DNA from: Heterodontus francisci
Lineage: Eukaryota
Length of the DNA: 64,000 nucleotides
Direction: 5' to 3'
Assembly: GCF_036365525.1 (NCBI RefSeq)
Contig: NC_090376.1
Location: 78,970,737 to 79,034,736 of the forward strand
Under the pieces are notes generated by a model that made no database searches, was not told where the DNA came from, and was given only the letters and a program-made list of their open reading frames with translations. Positions within the stretch are counted from its first letter, which is position 1. Each line of letters begins with the position of its first letter. This document shows, one piece after another, positions 51,790-63,268 of the stretch. The position numbers and the translations under genes were made by a program.

Positions 51790-53005
51790 ATCTTATTATG
51801 AAGGCATTAACTCGAGCCTTACCAAACAATTAGTATGCTAGACACATTAGCAAAAGCTTACCAAGTTGAAGGATAGGATAGATCGTGCATGAGTTGTCGG
51901 GACTTGGGACTTAACCCGAGATTGAGTCATGATATAAGGGCCCGATACTGCAGGACAAAGTTAGACAAGATCCAGAAGTGTAACGTGTTTGCATACAAGC
52001 ACAAGGAACAGGAACAGTTTCGTAAGCTAGATCAGAGAAGCTCGTCAGATACATTTGGCCTACAAGTTACCTCTTGGGAAAGCGAGAGATGAATTGCGGG
52101 TTTGGGGGGCAGGGGAGAGTTGCTTAAATTGTATTGTAAGTACTTCCATTTTTTGTTAAATTTTGCAGACTTGTGTTTTATTTGGGAAAACTGAAAAAGG
52201 ATTCCATAGGTGCTGGACTTTTTCTTTTTAAAAAAGAAAACAAACAAAAGGTCTTTTGAATTTAGTCTGTAAACAGCCCTTACTGGAACTCACCTAATTA
52301 CCCAGCAGGGTTTTTTTTGACTTGGAGAAGATGTTTACAGAGAAGTGACAGGTCTAGATTTATCAGGGGCAGGAGGCTTGACTCTTGAAATTGTTTTTTG
52401 TTTCACTTTGGACAGTCAGTTGGAGTTTTAAAAATCAACCTGAAGGGCAAAACCCCAACTCCGCCTGTACTATCTCTTTGAAAAGACTGCCAGTTTGTCC
52501 ATCTTTTTGAGAAGCTCTTAGAAACGAGTGTAAGAAATAGAGAAATTGATGCTACATTCGTCCTGAAAGGTCTGCTTGAAACCTCTGTTGCCGCATTTCT
52601 CCCGAGACATTGGAAAAATCTGTCGGATAAATCCTTGACGCCGCCTGAATGAATTGTTCCAGAGAAAGATCCCAGTGACAGCTGTCTGCGAGTATTTGGG
52701 ACGCCATTTTGTATTATTTTCTATTTTGTAATAAAGCTCTAAAGAGAAAATCTCTATTTTTTGGTTAACCAGTGTGTGAGGGGCGAAGGTAAAAGGGAAC
52801 TTTCATATTTCACTCTGTTAATGCTGTGCTTCGTTACTGGTTATGTCTTGTTTTGTTGTTTATTAAAGAAACCTGGCTGGAGTATTTTATTCGAGGATAA
52901 AGAGTATATGATTACTCAGGTACTGATACGGTCAAACATTTCAATATGTGTTGTGACCTGTGGAACAAGAAAAGACAATATACTGCTCCCGCCTCGGTCG
53001 TAACA
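51790..53005 (+). mobile_element. LTR-like element (solo LTR)
   Basis: Ends CCTCGGTCGTAACA, with internal AATAAA; 5' boundary uncertain. Confidence 0.45.
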
Positions 53006-53269
53006 GTATATACCGGAGTCTTTTAATTTTTGTGTACGGGGGCTGGCATTCGAGTTATCATATGCAGCAACTCATTGGTTTTGTTATGTATCTGGCCCTC
53101 AGTTGCAAAAGATTGGACATTGTTGCTCTATAGCATCTGCAGAACTAAAGACTAAAAAAAAAATCAGTTCGTCAGACTGAGGTATTCTGCATCTTTAAAT
53201 CAAAGTTATACATACACGTACTCAAAATAGTATTTATTTTCTAACTGCATTTTACTCTCTTTGGTCTAG

Positions 53270-53471
53270 GTATAATACAGCCCCAATGCCACAAAAGGGA
53301 AATATTATACGATTCTGGATTGCTGTTTGTCAGCCAGTTATGAGGAAACTGAGCTTTGTGTTAATCCTTCAAGCTATCTTTGGAGTCTATCTAAGTTCCA
53401 AGCACTATGCAATTTACATGAAAATGTTGGCACTTCCTCCAGCTCATATAGATCCTGATCGGAATGGATAA
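53270..53471 (+). CDS. TMEM126A: TMEM126A last coding exon
   Basis: YNTAPMPQKGNIIRFWIAVCQPVMRKL...RNG*; branch CTAAC at 53241. Total CDS 107+194+115+202 = 618 nt = 205 aa. Confidence 0.95.
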
Positions 53472-53585
53472 ATTGGGGAAAAACGTATTTAATTTCTCCA
53501 GTACTTGGCAACATAGATCAACACTGGTGAATGCACGATACTACAGGAAGATAATTTTTTATGTGAACTTATTAATAGCTTGTGT

Positions 53586-53591
53586 AATAAA
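53586..53591 (+). terminator. Polyadenylation signal AATAAA (alternative at 54362-54367)
   Basis: First AATAAA 115 nt after the TMEM126A stop. Confidence 0.55.
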
Positions 53592-53682
53592 GTGATGACA
53601 CAACCAAACAGGCTCAAATCCACAACAGACCCAAAGTTGATGCATCTACAGTAATCTTATTTTTGTGTCCTGTGCTTATGTG

Positions 53683-54130
53683 GCAGTGTAAGCCGTGGCT
53701 CAGTTGGTAGCACTCTTACCTCTGAGTCACAAGGTTCAAGTCCTGCTCCAGGGTCTGAGCACTAAAATCAAAGCTAACACTCCAATGCAGCACTGAGGGA
53801 ATGCTGCAGGGTCAGAGGTGCTGTGTTTTGGATGAGATGTTAAACCGAGGCTCCATCTGCCTGCTCGGGTGGATGTAAAAGATCTAATGGCATTATTTCG
53901 AAGAAGAGCAGGGTCCTGACTAATATTTATTCCCTCAATCAACATCACAAAAACAGATTATCTGTTCATTATCACATTGCTGTTTGTGGGAGTTTGCTGT
54001 GTGCAAATTGGCAATTGTGGTTCCTACATTGCCACAGTGACAGCACTTCAAAAGTACTTCATTGGTTGTAAATTGCTTTGAGACATCTGGTAATTGTGAA
54101 AAGTGTTATATAAATGCAAGTTTTTCTTTT
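53683..54130 (+). mobile_element. Deu-domain tRNA SINE (SacSINE1-like)
   Basis: A box TGGCTCAGTTGG, B box GGTTCAAGTCC, Deu-like GATGAGATGTTAAACCGAGG...TAAAAGATC, L2-type tail TATATAAATGCAAG. Confidence 0.8.
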
Positions 54131-54747
54131 CTGTTTTTTTTTGAACCATAAACTTCAATTAAGTGTTGTATCAGTGTAATCTTAGTCAATCACTTTAAAA
54201 TTCTGCTCATTGTTAGAACATATTGATACTAAAAAAAATCTTGAATGTAAATCAAAACATGTACTTGCATCCTTAATACAATCAAATAACTGATGGAAGT
54301 AGTAGTGGTGGTTTCCTGGATATAATAAACAGAATTTCTTAATTCTTGATATAATAAATTGAATAAAATGAATTTAATGGTATAATTTGATTTCTCCCTT
54401 TTTTCCCAGTTTCCCTGTCCAAGAGGGCATCTTGGAAACAGCTCTGTGATTCTTCCTGCTCAACAAGAAAATATATTCTGCACCCAACAACTCCCAGCAA
54501 TGCATGAAAGCAATCCCTTATCTGCCTTCATCCTGTCCCTATCTCACCCCTCCCATCTTGTCTCCTATATCCCTTTCCCTAATTGATGAATTACTGATAA
54601 TTGGCAAGTGTACCATGTCACATAAAAACAAATTGCTGTCCTTTCCCCGATTGCTAAGGGAATTGGCCTACTCCTTCATCCATCACAATCTCCTTCCTGT
54701 TCTCCCACCTAACTTCCTATTCTGCTTTTGTTAGACTGTGTTTTGGT

Positions 54748-55438
54748 GGGCCAGATCTTGTACTCGGCCGGAAGGCGGGTTTCATGGTGGGAGGTGCTGC
54801 TGGAGAATCAGCACAGAACCACCCGCCACAAAACCCAATTCCGGGATTACAAGTTCCAGTTTTCCCGGGGACGGGATAGACTGACGACGATCTTCCTGCC
54901 CAGAGGCCAATTAAGGGCCTCTTTCTGCCGCTGCTGGGATCTTACCAGTGGCAGGGGGCCTCTGCCGCATGGGAGGACGCCTTGAAGAACAAGGTGCCCT
55001 CACAGCAGGTTTGGGGGGGATGTCCCTCCGTGCGCAATTTGTGGTCCACAGAGGACTCCCCCGCCCACTTGGTAACAACTGTACCGTCTGGGACCCGCCC
55101 CCCCCCCTCTCTCCCATGGACTGAACGACCACCAACCCCTCACTGGGGCCTTCCAAACTGGCCCTGGCGACCCTGTCTCACCTACCTCTTCTCCGGTGTT
55201 CCAGCACTGGGCCTGGGTCTGAGGCCTCTGCAGTAGTGGGAGTGGCCACCGCTCCTGTCAGCCCTGTGTTTGGCCAGCAACTCTTAGAGGCAGGATCCCC
55301 CTCCCTATAAAGTCTTTGAAGGGACAGGGATCTCGCCTCCGAGAACCTTCGCCCCAAAAGACCGGAGGATTGCTCTGGGGTTCCATTGCTCTTTCTGCCT
55401 GGTGCCAGGATCCCTGCCTCCTGCACAAAATTCAGCCT
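54748..55438. mobile_element. GC-rich Harbinger-type MITE
   Basis: Imperfect TIRs GGGCCAGATCTTGTAC / GCACAAAATTCAGCCT. Confidence 0.6.
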
Positions 55439-55938
55439 AATGTCACTGAGACAAACAGTACAGCTATTTTCCATGCAGTCCACACCCATTTCAGCCTCCT
55501 TCAAACCTCCACCCCAAATTACTTTCCCTCTCTGGCCTCCAGCATCACAGTCTTAATTGTGCCTCAGTCCCTCTATCTTCTGCCCTCTAACTCACTCAAT
55601 ATGGACATTACACTGGGAGTAAGAGCAGGTGTAAAATACTAGAGAGCTAATCAAATTCAGTAAGTGGAAATCGATGTATGGCTAAACCAGACTTGTCTTC
55701 CCATCCCTAGAGCCTTACTTCTAGAGTCCTCCTGCTCCCCCAATCATCCATCCTTGGCCACTACCTCATCCACAGTCTGCCTGTTGATATCATCCAAAGA
55801 TATGGGGTAAGGTTCAACATATGTAAAACCCAGCTCTATTTCTTGGCCCTCCAATGTCTTTATGTTATCTGACTGCTTATCTGTATTTGATCCTGGATGA
55901 GGTGAAATACATCTAAACATTGCGAAGACTGAAATCAT

Positions 55939-56470
55939 TGGCTAGCATTTTCCAGGCCTTTCGGGGACGGTTGGGAAGGAAGAAGGCAGTCGAAATGGTG
56001 CGTGAAGGCGTCAAGAGGGGGTGCCCAACATCTGCCGCCGTGTCATTTTGCCAGTGGTGGGAAAGTTGGCTGCTTGGACACTTGCCAGCATGCCAATTGA
56101 GTGACTTAACTGGCGAATTAAGGGCCATTTGCCACCCCTGCAGGCATTTTGTCCACATCGGGAGGGGGAGCCACCACATGGGGCCTCCCAGCAAGCTCCG
56201 GGAGGTTGGGGGGGCTCCTTTATGGGCACTCCACGGCAATGGTGCTGCAGGTGCTCAGCGATGCCCCTCTCCCGATAGCCATGGCCCCAGCAGCCCCCAA
56301 CTCCACTTTGAGGGCACCCGGCCAATCAGGCACCCTCTGCCTGCAGCTGCAGCCTCAGCAATGGCCACCATTAATGATGGTACTGCTGAGTTGTCTGCCC
56401 TGTGGTTGGGCCAGCAACTCCTGGGGGTGAGCCACCGTCCTTAATTGGCCATGTCCTTAAAATTCAGCCT
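55939..56470. mobile_element. GC-rich Harbinger-type MITE
   Basis: Right end TTAAAATTCAGCCT, degenerate left GGCTAGCATTTT; interrupts an old L2. Confidence 0.5.
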
Positions 56471-56777
56471 AGTGTCTTTGGCCTCCATCACACACTCCAT
56501 AACCTCACTACCAGTTCCAATCCCCTTCCTGTTCATTGTCTCAGAGGTCACCAACAGTCTGTTTCACCCTATGAACTGTTTGACCTGAGCAGAGTTTTTG
56601 ATCATATCTCTTGTCCCGAACAGGACTTGTCTACACCCACCTTCATAACCTCCGCCCCAGTCTATGTGCTGCAGAAACCCTTATTCCACACATTTATCAT
56701 CTCTGGGTTTGGCTACTCCCATCCTCCATAAATTATCCCACATCTAATTCCACACAATCACTCATGACCTTGACCTT

Positions 56778-57090
56778 GGGTGGCACAGTGGCGCAGTGGT
56801 TAGCACCACAGCCTCACAGCTCCAGGGACCCGGGTTTGATTCTGGGTACTGCCTATGCGGAGTTTGCAAGTTCTCCCTGTGACCGCGTGGGTTTTCGCTG
56901 GGTGCTCCGGTTTCCTCCCACAGCCAAAGACTTGCAGGTAATCGGTAAATTGGCCGTGGTAAATTGCCCCTAGTGTAGGTAGGTGGTAGGGAATATGAGA
57001 TTACTGTAGGGTTAGTATAAATGGGTGGTTGTTGGTTGGCACAGACTCGAAGGGCCTGTTTCAGTGCTGTATCTCTAAATAAAAAAAAAT
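56778..57090 (+). mobile_element. HE1-like V-SINE
   Basis: A/B boxes, V-domain, HER1-type tail, A-rich end. Confidence 0.9.
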
Positions 57091-57300
57091 ACATTGGCTC
57101 CTGGTTCACACAATAGCACCTATTCAAAATGGTCATCCTCATGTAATTTTTTTTCAAATTCATTCATGGGATGTGGCCATTGTTGGTTAGTCCAATATTT
57201 ATTGCCCATCCCTAAGTGCCCTTGAGAAGGTGGTGGTGAGCCCCCTTCTTGAACTGCTGTAGTCCATGTTGGGGAGGTATGCCCAAAGTTCTATTAAGAA

Positions 57301-57613
57301 GGGTGGCACAGTGGCGCAGTGGTTAGCACCGCAGCCTCACAGCTCCAGGGACCCGGGTTCGATTCTGTATCTGCCTGTGTGGAGTTTGCAAGTTCTCCCT
57401 GTGACCGCGTGGGTTTTCACCGGGTGCTCTGGTTTCCTCCCACAGCCAAAGACTTGCGGGTGATAGGTAAATTGGCCATTGTAAATTGCCCCTAGTGTAG
57501 GTAGGTGGTAGGGAATATGGGATTACTGCAGGGTTAGTATAAATGGGTGGTTGTTGGTCGGCACAGACTCGGTGGGCCGAAGGGCCTGTTTCAGTGCTGT
57601 ATCTGAAAAAAAA
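57301..57613 (+). mobile_element. HE1-like V-SINE inserted in the LINE
   Basis: Same structure; near-identical to the 27929 and 56778 copies. Confidence 0.9.
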
Positions 57614-58721
57614 AGGAGTTCCAAGATTTTGACCCAGTGACAGTGAAGGAATGGCACTATAGTTCCAAGTCAGGATGGTGGTGTTCCCGAGCAACTGCTG
57701 CCCTTGTCCTTCTAGGTGGTAGAGGTTGTGGGCTTGGAAGGTGCTGTCGAAGGAGCCTTGGTGCATTGCTGCAATGCATCTTGTAGATGGTACATACTGC
57801 TGCCACTGTGAGTCGGTGGTGGAGGGAGTGAATGTTTGTAGATGGGGTGCTAATCAAGTGGGCTGCTTTGTCCTGGATGGTGTCGAGCTTCTTGAGTGTT
57901 GTTGGAGCTGCAACCATCCAGACAAGTATTCCATCACACTCCTGACTTGTGCCTTGTAGATGGTGGACAGGCTTTGGGGAGTTAGGAGGTGAGTTACTCG
58001 CCACAGGATTCCTAACCTCTGGCCTGTTCTTGTAGTCATGGTATTTATATGGCTACTCCAGATCAGTTTCTGGTCAATGGTAAGCCCCCAGAATGTTGAT
58101 AGTGGGGGATTCAGCGAATGTAATGCCATTGAATTTCAAGGGGAGATGGTTAGATTCTCTCTTGTTGAAATAGTCATTGCCTGGCACTTGTGTGGCGTGA
58201 ATGTTACTTGCCACTTATCAGCCCAAGCCTGGATATTGTCCAGGTCTTGCTGCATTTCTACACGGACTGCTTCAATATCTGAGGAGTCGCGAATGGTGCT
58301 GAATGTTGTGCAATCATCAGCGAACATCCCCATTTCTGACCTTATGATTGAAGGAAGGTCATTGATGAAGCAGCTGAAGATGGTGGGCCCAGGACACTAC
58401 CCTGAGGAACTCCTGCAGTGATATCCTGGAGCTCAGATGATTGACCTCCAACAACCACAATCATCTTCCTTTGCACTAGGTATGACTCCAACCAGAGGAG
58501 CATTTTCCCCCTGATTCCCATTGACTTCAGTTTTGCTCGGGCTCTTTGATGTCATACTTGGTCAAATGCTGCCTTGATGTCAAGGGCAGTCACTCTGACC
58601 TCACCTCATGAGTTCAGCTCTTTTGTCCATGTTTGAATCAAGGCTGTAATAGGGTCAGGAGCTGAGTGGCCCTGGCGGAACCCAAACTAAGTGTCACTGA
58701 GCAGGTCATTGCTAAGCAAGT

Positions 58722-58916
58722 ATAAAAGCAAAATACTGCGGATGCTGGAAATCTGAAATAAAAACAAGAAATGCTGGAACCACTCAGCAGGTCTGGCAGC
58801 ATCTGTGGAAAGAGAAGCAGAGTTAACGTTTTGGGTCAGTGACCCGAAACGTTAACTCTGCTTCTCTTTCCACAGATGCTGCCAGACCTGCTGAGTGGTT
58901 CCAGCATTTCTTGTTT
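58722..58916 (-). mobile_element. PLE pLTR insertion forming a 157-bp palindrome
   Basis: 16-bp TSD TCATTGCTAAGCAAGT (58706-58721 / 58917-58932); arms 58761-58838 / 58840-58917 with one mismatch. Confidence 0.9.
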
Positions 58917-61539
58917 TCATTGCTAAGCAAGTGCTGCCCGATAGAACTATCGACAACACGTTCCATCGCTTTACTGGTGATCGAGAGTAGACTGATGGGG
59001 CGGTAATTGGCTGGCTAGGATTTGTCCTGCTTTTTGTGTACAGGACATAGCTGGGCAATTTTTCACATTGCCGGGTAGATGCCAGTGTTGTAGCTGTACT
59101 GGAACAGCTTGACCAGGGCGCAGCAAGTTCTGGCGCACAAGTCTTCAGTACTATTGCTGGAATGTTGTCTGGGCCCATAGCCATTGCAGTATCCAGTGCC
59201 TTCTGTCGTTTCTTGATATCAAAGTGGAGTGAATCGAATTGGCTGAAGACTGGCATGTGATGCTGTGGACTTCAGTAGGAGGCCAAGATGATTCATCAAC
59301 TAGGCACATTCTGGCTGAAGATTGTTGCAAATGCTTCAGCCTTATCTTATGGTACTGATGTGTTGGGCTTCCCCCATCATTGAGGATGGGAATATTTGTG
59401 GAGCCACCTCCTTTAGTCGGTTGTTTAATTGTCCACCACCACTCACGGCTGGATGTGGCAGGACTGCAGAGCTCAGATCTAATCAGTTGGTTGTGGGATC
59501 GCTTAGCTCTGTCTATCGCATGTTGCTCACGCTGGCATGCAAGTAGTCCTGGTTGTAGCTTCACCAGGTTGACACCCATTTTGAGGTATGCTTGGTGCTG
59601 CTACTGGCATGCCCTCCTGCATTCTTCATTAAACCAGGTTTGATCCCCCAGCTTGATGGTAATGGTAGAGTGGGGGATATGCCAGGCCATGAGGTTAAAG
59701 ATTGTGGTTGAGTACAATTTTGCTGCTGCTGATGGCCCACAGCGCCTCATGGATGCCCAGTTTTCCGTTGCTGGATCTGTTTGAAATTTATCCCATTTAG
59801 CATGGTGGTCGTGCCACACAACACGATGGAGGGTATTCCTCAATGTGAAGACGGGACTTTGTCATCACAAGGACTGTACGGTGGTCACTCCTACCAATAC
59901 TGTCATGGACAGATGCATCTGCAACAGGCAGATCAGTGAGGATGAGGCCAAGTATATTTTTCCCCCACCTGCCGCTGACCCAGTCTAGCAGCTATGTCCC
60001 TTAGGACTTGGCCAGCTCGGTCAATAATGTTGCTGCCAAGCCACTCTTGGTGATGGACATTGAAGTCCCCCACCCAGAGTACATTCTGCGCCCTTGCCAC
60101 CCTCGTGCTTCCTCCAAGTGGTGTTCAACATGGAGGATTACTGATTCATCAGCTGAGCTGGGGCAGTTGGTGTTAATCAGCAGTAAGTTTCCTTGTCCGT
60201 GTTTGGGCTGATGCCATGAGACTTCATGGGGTCCGGAGTTGATGTTGAGGACTCCATGGGCAACTCCCTCCCAACTGTATACCACTGTGCCGCCACCTCT
60301 GGTGAGTCTGTTCTGCCAGTGGGACAGGACATTCCCGGGGATGGTGATGGCGGTGTCTGGGACATTGTAAAGCTGTTGCTTGACTAGCCTGTGGGACAGC
60401 TCTCCCAACTTTGGCACAAACCCCAAATGTCAACAGGGCTGGGTTTGTCGTCGTCATTTCTGGTGCCTAGATCGATGCCGGGTGGTCTGTCTGGTTTCTT
60501 TCCTTATTGACTTTGTAGCAGTTTAATACAACTGAGTGGCTTGCTAGGCCATTTCAGAGTCAATCACATTGCTGTGGGTCTGGAGTCACATGTTGGCCAG
60601 ACCAGGTAAAGACGGCAGATTTCCCTCGCTAAAGGACATTAGTGAACCAGATGGGTTTTTACGACAATCAACAATGGTTTCATGGCCATCATTAGACTAG
60701 CTTTTTAATTCCAGATTTATTAATTGAATTCAAATTCCACCTTCAGCTGCGGTTCAGAGCAATACCCTGGGTCTCTGGGTTATTGTCCAGTGACAATACC
60801 ACTATGCCACCGCCTCCCCAGCATCTCTTGTCCTTGCCCCTCTCCACCTCTGTAACCATCTACAGCATCCTTCGCTCCACCATTGGCAACTCTCTTTAGC
60901 TGTCTAGATCCTACACTCAGGAACTTCCCCTGCTAAACCTCTCCTTTAATATCCTTCACAGAATTCACTTCTTTGACCCAAGGTCACCCCCTCTTAATAT
61001 TTTTCTTTGGCTTGGTGCTAATTTCTTTGATTACAGGTCTGTGAATCAACTTGGGACATTTAGAGGTGTACATAAATACAAATTGTTGTTGATGGGATGT
61101 GCATTTGATTGAAAACAACCACCTCCACAATGTCCTACTCCTCTCGATATTTGAATTTTAACTTAAAATAGAAACTATTGTAATATGTTAAGAGTACAGT
61201 GCACAGAGGTGATGCAATCTGACGAGCAGATTCCCATAAATCAATGTTTTCTTAATTTCAGTTAGACATGTTTTCCCTCTAATTTCTAATATTCAATACA
61301 AGGACTTAAAACAATAGTTACTTGTTTCATAATATTACATTTATCCATTAAATTGTATTTTATACCTTTTAGTGCTTATAGTAAAGATTTTTAGTTGAAG
61401 GTCTCAGCCACAAGCCTGCTTTGGACTTGATAATTCTATCTAGAGCCTAATGAGATTGTGCAATCTGAGTATGTGCAGTGTATTTCATTTCCCAAAATGC
61501 ATCAGTATCAGTCAGCTGTACTGATCAGATAATTTCTTT

Positions 61540-62460
61540 GGCTGCGTTTGCTGACAATGCAAACTAGGTGGCGCAGTACTGACATATGAGCAAATGCAGC
61601 CTCATCCACTGAAACATCACTGTCAGTGATGTCTCAAGCAGCTGCCAGTAATAAAGATGGCACTGCTCAATTTGTCACAAAAAACAAATTAAACTCAAAC
61701 CCCCTCAATGGCCATTATCCATCCCACCCCCAACAGTATCCTGCTCCCTCCTGCCATCGCGCTTCTCTTCGCCGCTTCCTCCCACTCCAAGCTCCGCCAT
61801 GTCCCCCCCTCGGCCACTCGTTCCCGGTCTTGCCGCTTCCTCCCCTCGGTCGCTCACTCCCTGCTTCCCTGCACCCCAGCTGCTCGCTCCAGGCCTCGCT
61901 GCTTTCCCTCTTTCAGCCACTGGCTCCAGCGTCACCCAGTCACCCTGCGGCCGCTCGCTTCCTGCTTTGCACTACGGTGGCTCGTTCCTGCCCCCTGCCG
62001 CTTCTTCAGGCGGTGCAGTGAGGAACGATTGGCCGAGGAGGGGGGAAGCAGCAAGGCCCAGAGTGAGCGGTCGAGGGGGTGAGGCAGCGAGGCCGGAAGC
62101 AAGCGGCTGATGGGGAGGAAAAAACAAATCTTGGAGCGAGCAGCAGGGATGGGGGGGAAGCAGGGAGTGATCGGCCGAGGGGATTGTGCGGCCGAGGGGA
62201 GGATGCAGCAAGGCGGGATGGAGTGGCGAGTTGTCGGGAGTGGGAAACTGAAAGCGGCAATTGAAGCAGGGAGGAAGTGGGATTCTGTTCGGGAGAATGG
62301 ATGCGGCTATCGCAGCGATTGTGGGAAGAGGACGTCATTGCGTGGTGATATCAGTGCATGCATGCACGCATTCGTACTGGTAAGCTGGCAAATGTTTGCA
62401 CACACTGATGACGTCCATGATCACTCTGTGCATGCTCTGCGTTGTCAGGAGTCACTCCAA
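61540..62460. mobile_element. Unclassified non-autonomous element, copy 1
   Basis: Subterminal inverted repeats CTGACAATGCA (61551) / TGCGTTGTCAG (62438); C-rich then G-rich arms; repeated at 63269. Confidence 0.55.
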
Positions 62461-62589
62461 ATTTGTTTACCTTTCTGCCCAGTAATTTTTTCGTTAAATC
62501 TTTTTGAAAAAACAAGCAGACACATCAAGAGGTAAAAATTATCTTTTTTTTTAAAGTTGCTCTTTGACCAAGGTCACCCTACCTAATAT

Positions 62590-63268
62590 GGTATTACAGC
62601 CACGTGGTGTGACGTGGGTGGTTCCTACTGTTCAACTTCCCATCTGACTGCAGCAAATGTATTTCTATTAGAGTCCAGCCACTTGGTGTTTTACTTTTCA
62701 AATACACAGGCAGCGACAGGTTTTCTTGTAGGTTTTTAAAAAAAAGTCAATTGTTCATTGTTTATTGATCAATACACATTATTCCAAAATTGTCACAACC
62801 GCATCCACTCATGCATTCGCTCACATGCACGTGCATACACACGAAGAGACAGATAGAGAAGGGGAAAAAGGGAGGCAGTTTTTCAGCAGGGGGAAAGTTT
62901 ATGATAAACCTGAATTCTCTTGCGCATCAAGCTTTCGATGAGGCCTGAGATGATTGTAGATGTCTCTCTTGATTGAAGGCTCCATTGAAGACAGTGATTT
63001 ACTTCTGGCTGTCACTGCTGTATAATGTAAATGTTGGAATTTTAGTGCTTTCTGGCTTGCTGGAATGCCAGCTGTGGCAAGTTGCTTCTCTGCTGAGTGA
63101 ATCTCTCTCTCTCTGGCTGTCTTTTTTTTTAAGGTAAAACAATGTCACCTCTCACCTCCTGGTATTCTCATCTGTTCTCCATGGTGATTGCACAATGGCC
63201 CAGGACGTGGCTACTTCACACCTCCTTTGTTTCAGAAGAAGACATTCCATTCTGCAATGTTTTTATGC
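62590..63268 (-). mobile_element. LTR-like fragment
   Basis: Composition and motifs (gagacagatagagaagggg, tttattg) resemble the reverse complement of the solo LTRs; interrupted by element copy 2. Confidence 0.35.

Larger units (their letters stand above)
57147..60820 (-). mobile_element. Near full-length CR1-group LINE (APE + RT), single ORF, with tRNA/SINE-like 5' head
   Basis: APE (VPKLGELSHRLVKQQ, TRGGGTVVYS), linker, AMGPDNIPAIVLKTCAPELA, MFADDCT, DNIQAWADKWQVTF, STIYKAQVRSVMEY; 3' end CCCATGAATGAA + A-tail at ~57150; 5' A box at 60809-60799. Confidence 0.85.

Noticed and set aside
56778-56850. tRNA gene calls at SINE heads (also 28282, 53690, 57301, 60820)
   Set aside because: The A/B boxes continue into SINE or LINE bodies with no acceptor-stem closure or poly-T terminator.
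58761-58917. miRNA precursor
   Set aside because: Fully explained as an inverted PLE insertion with a TSD; no independent miRNA evidence.
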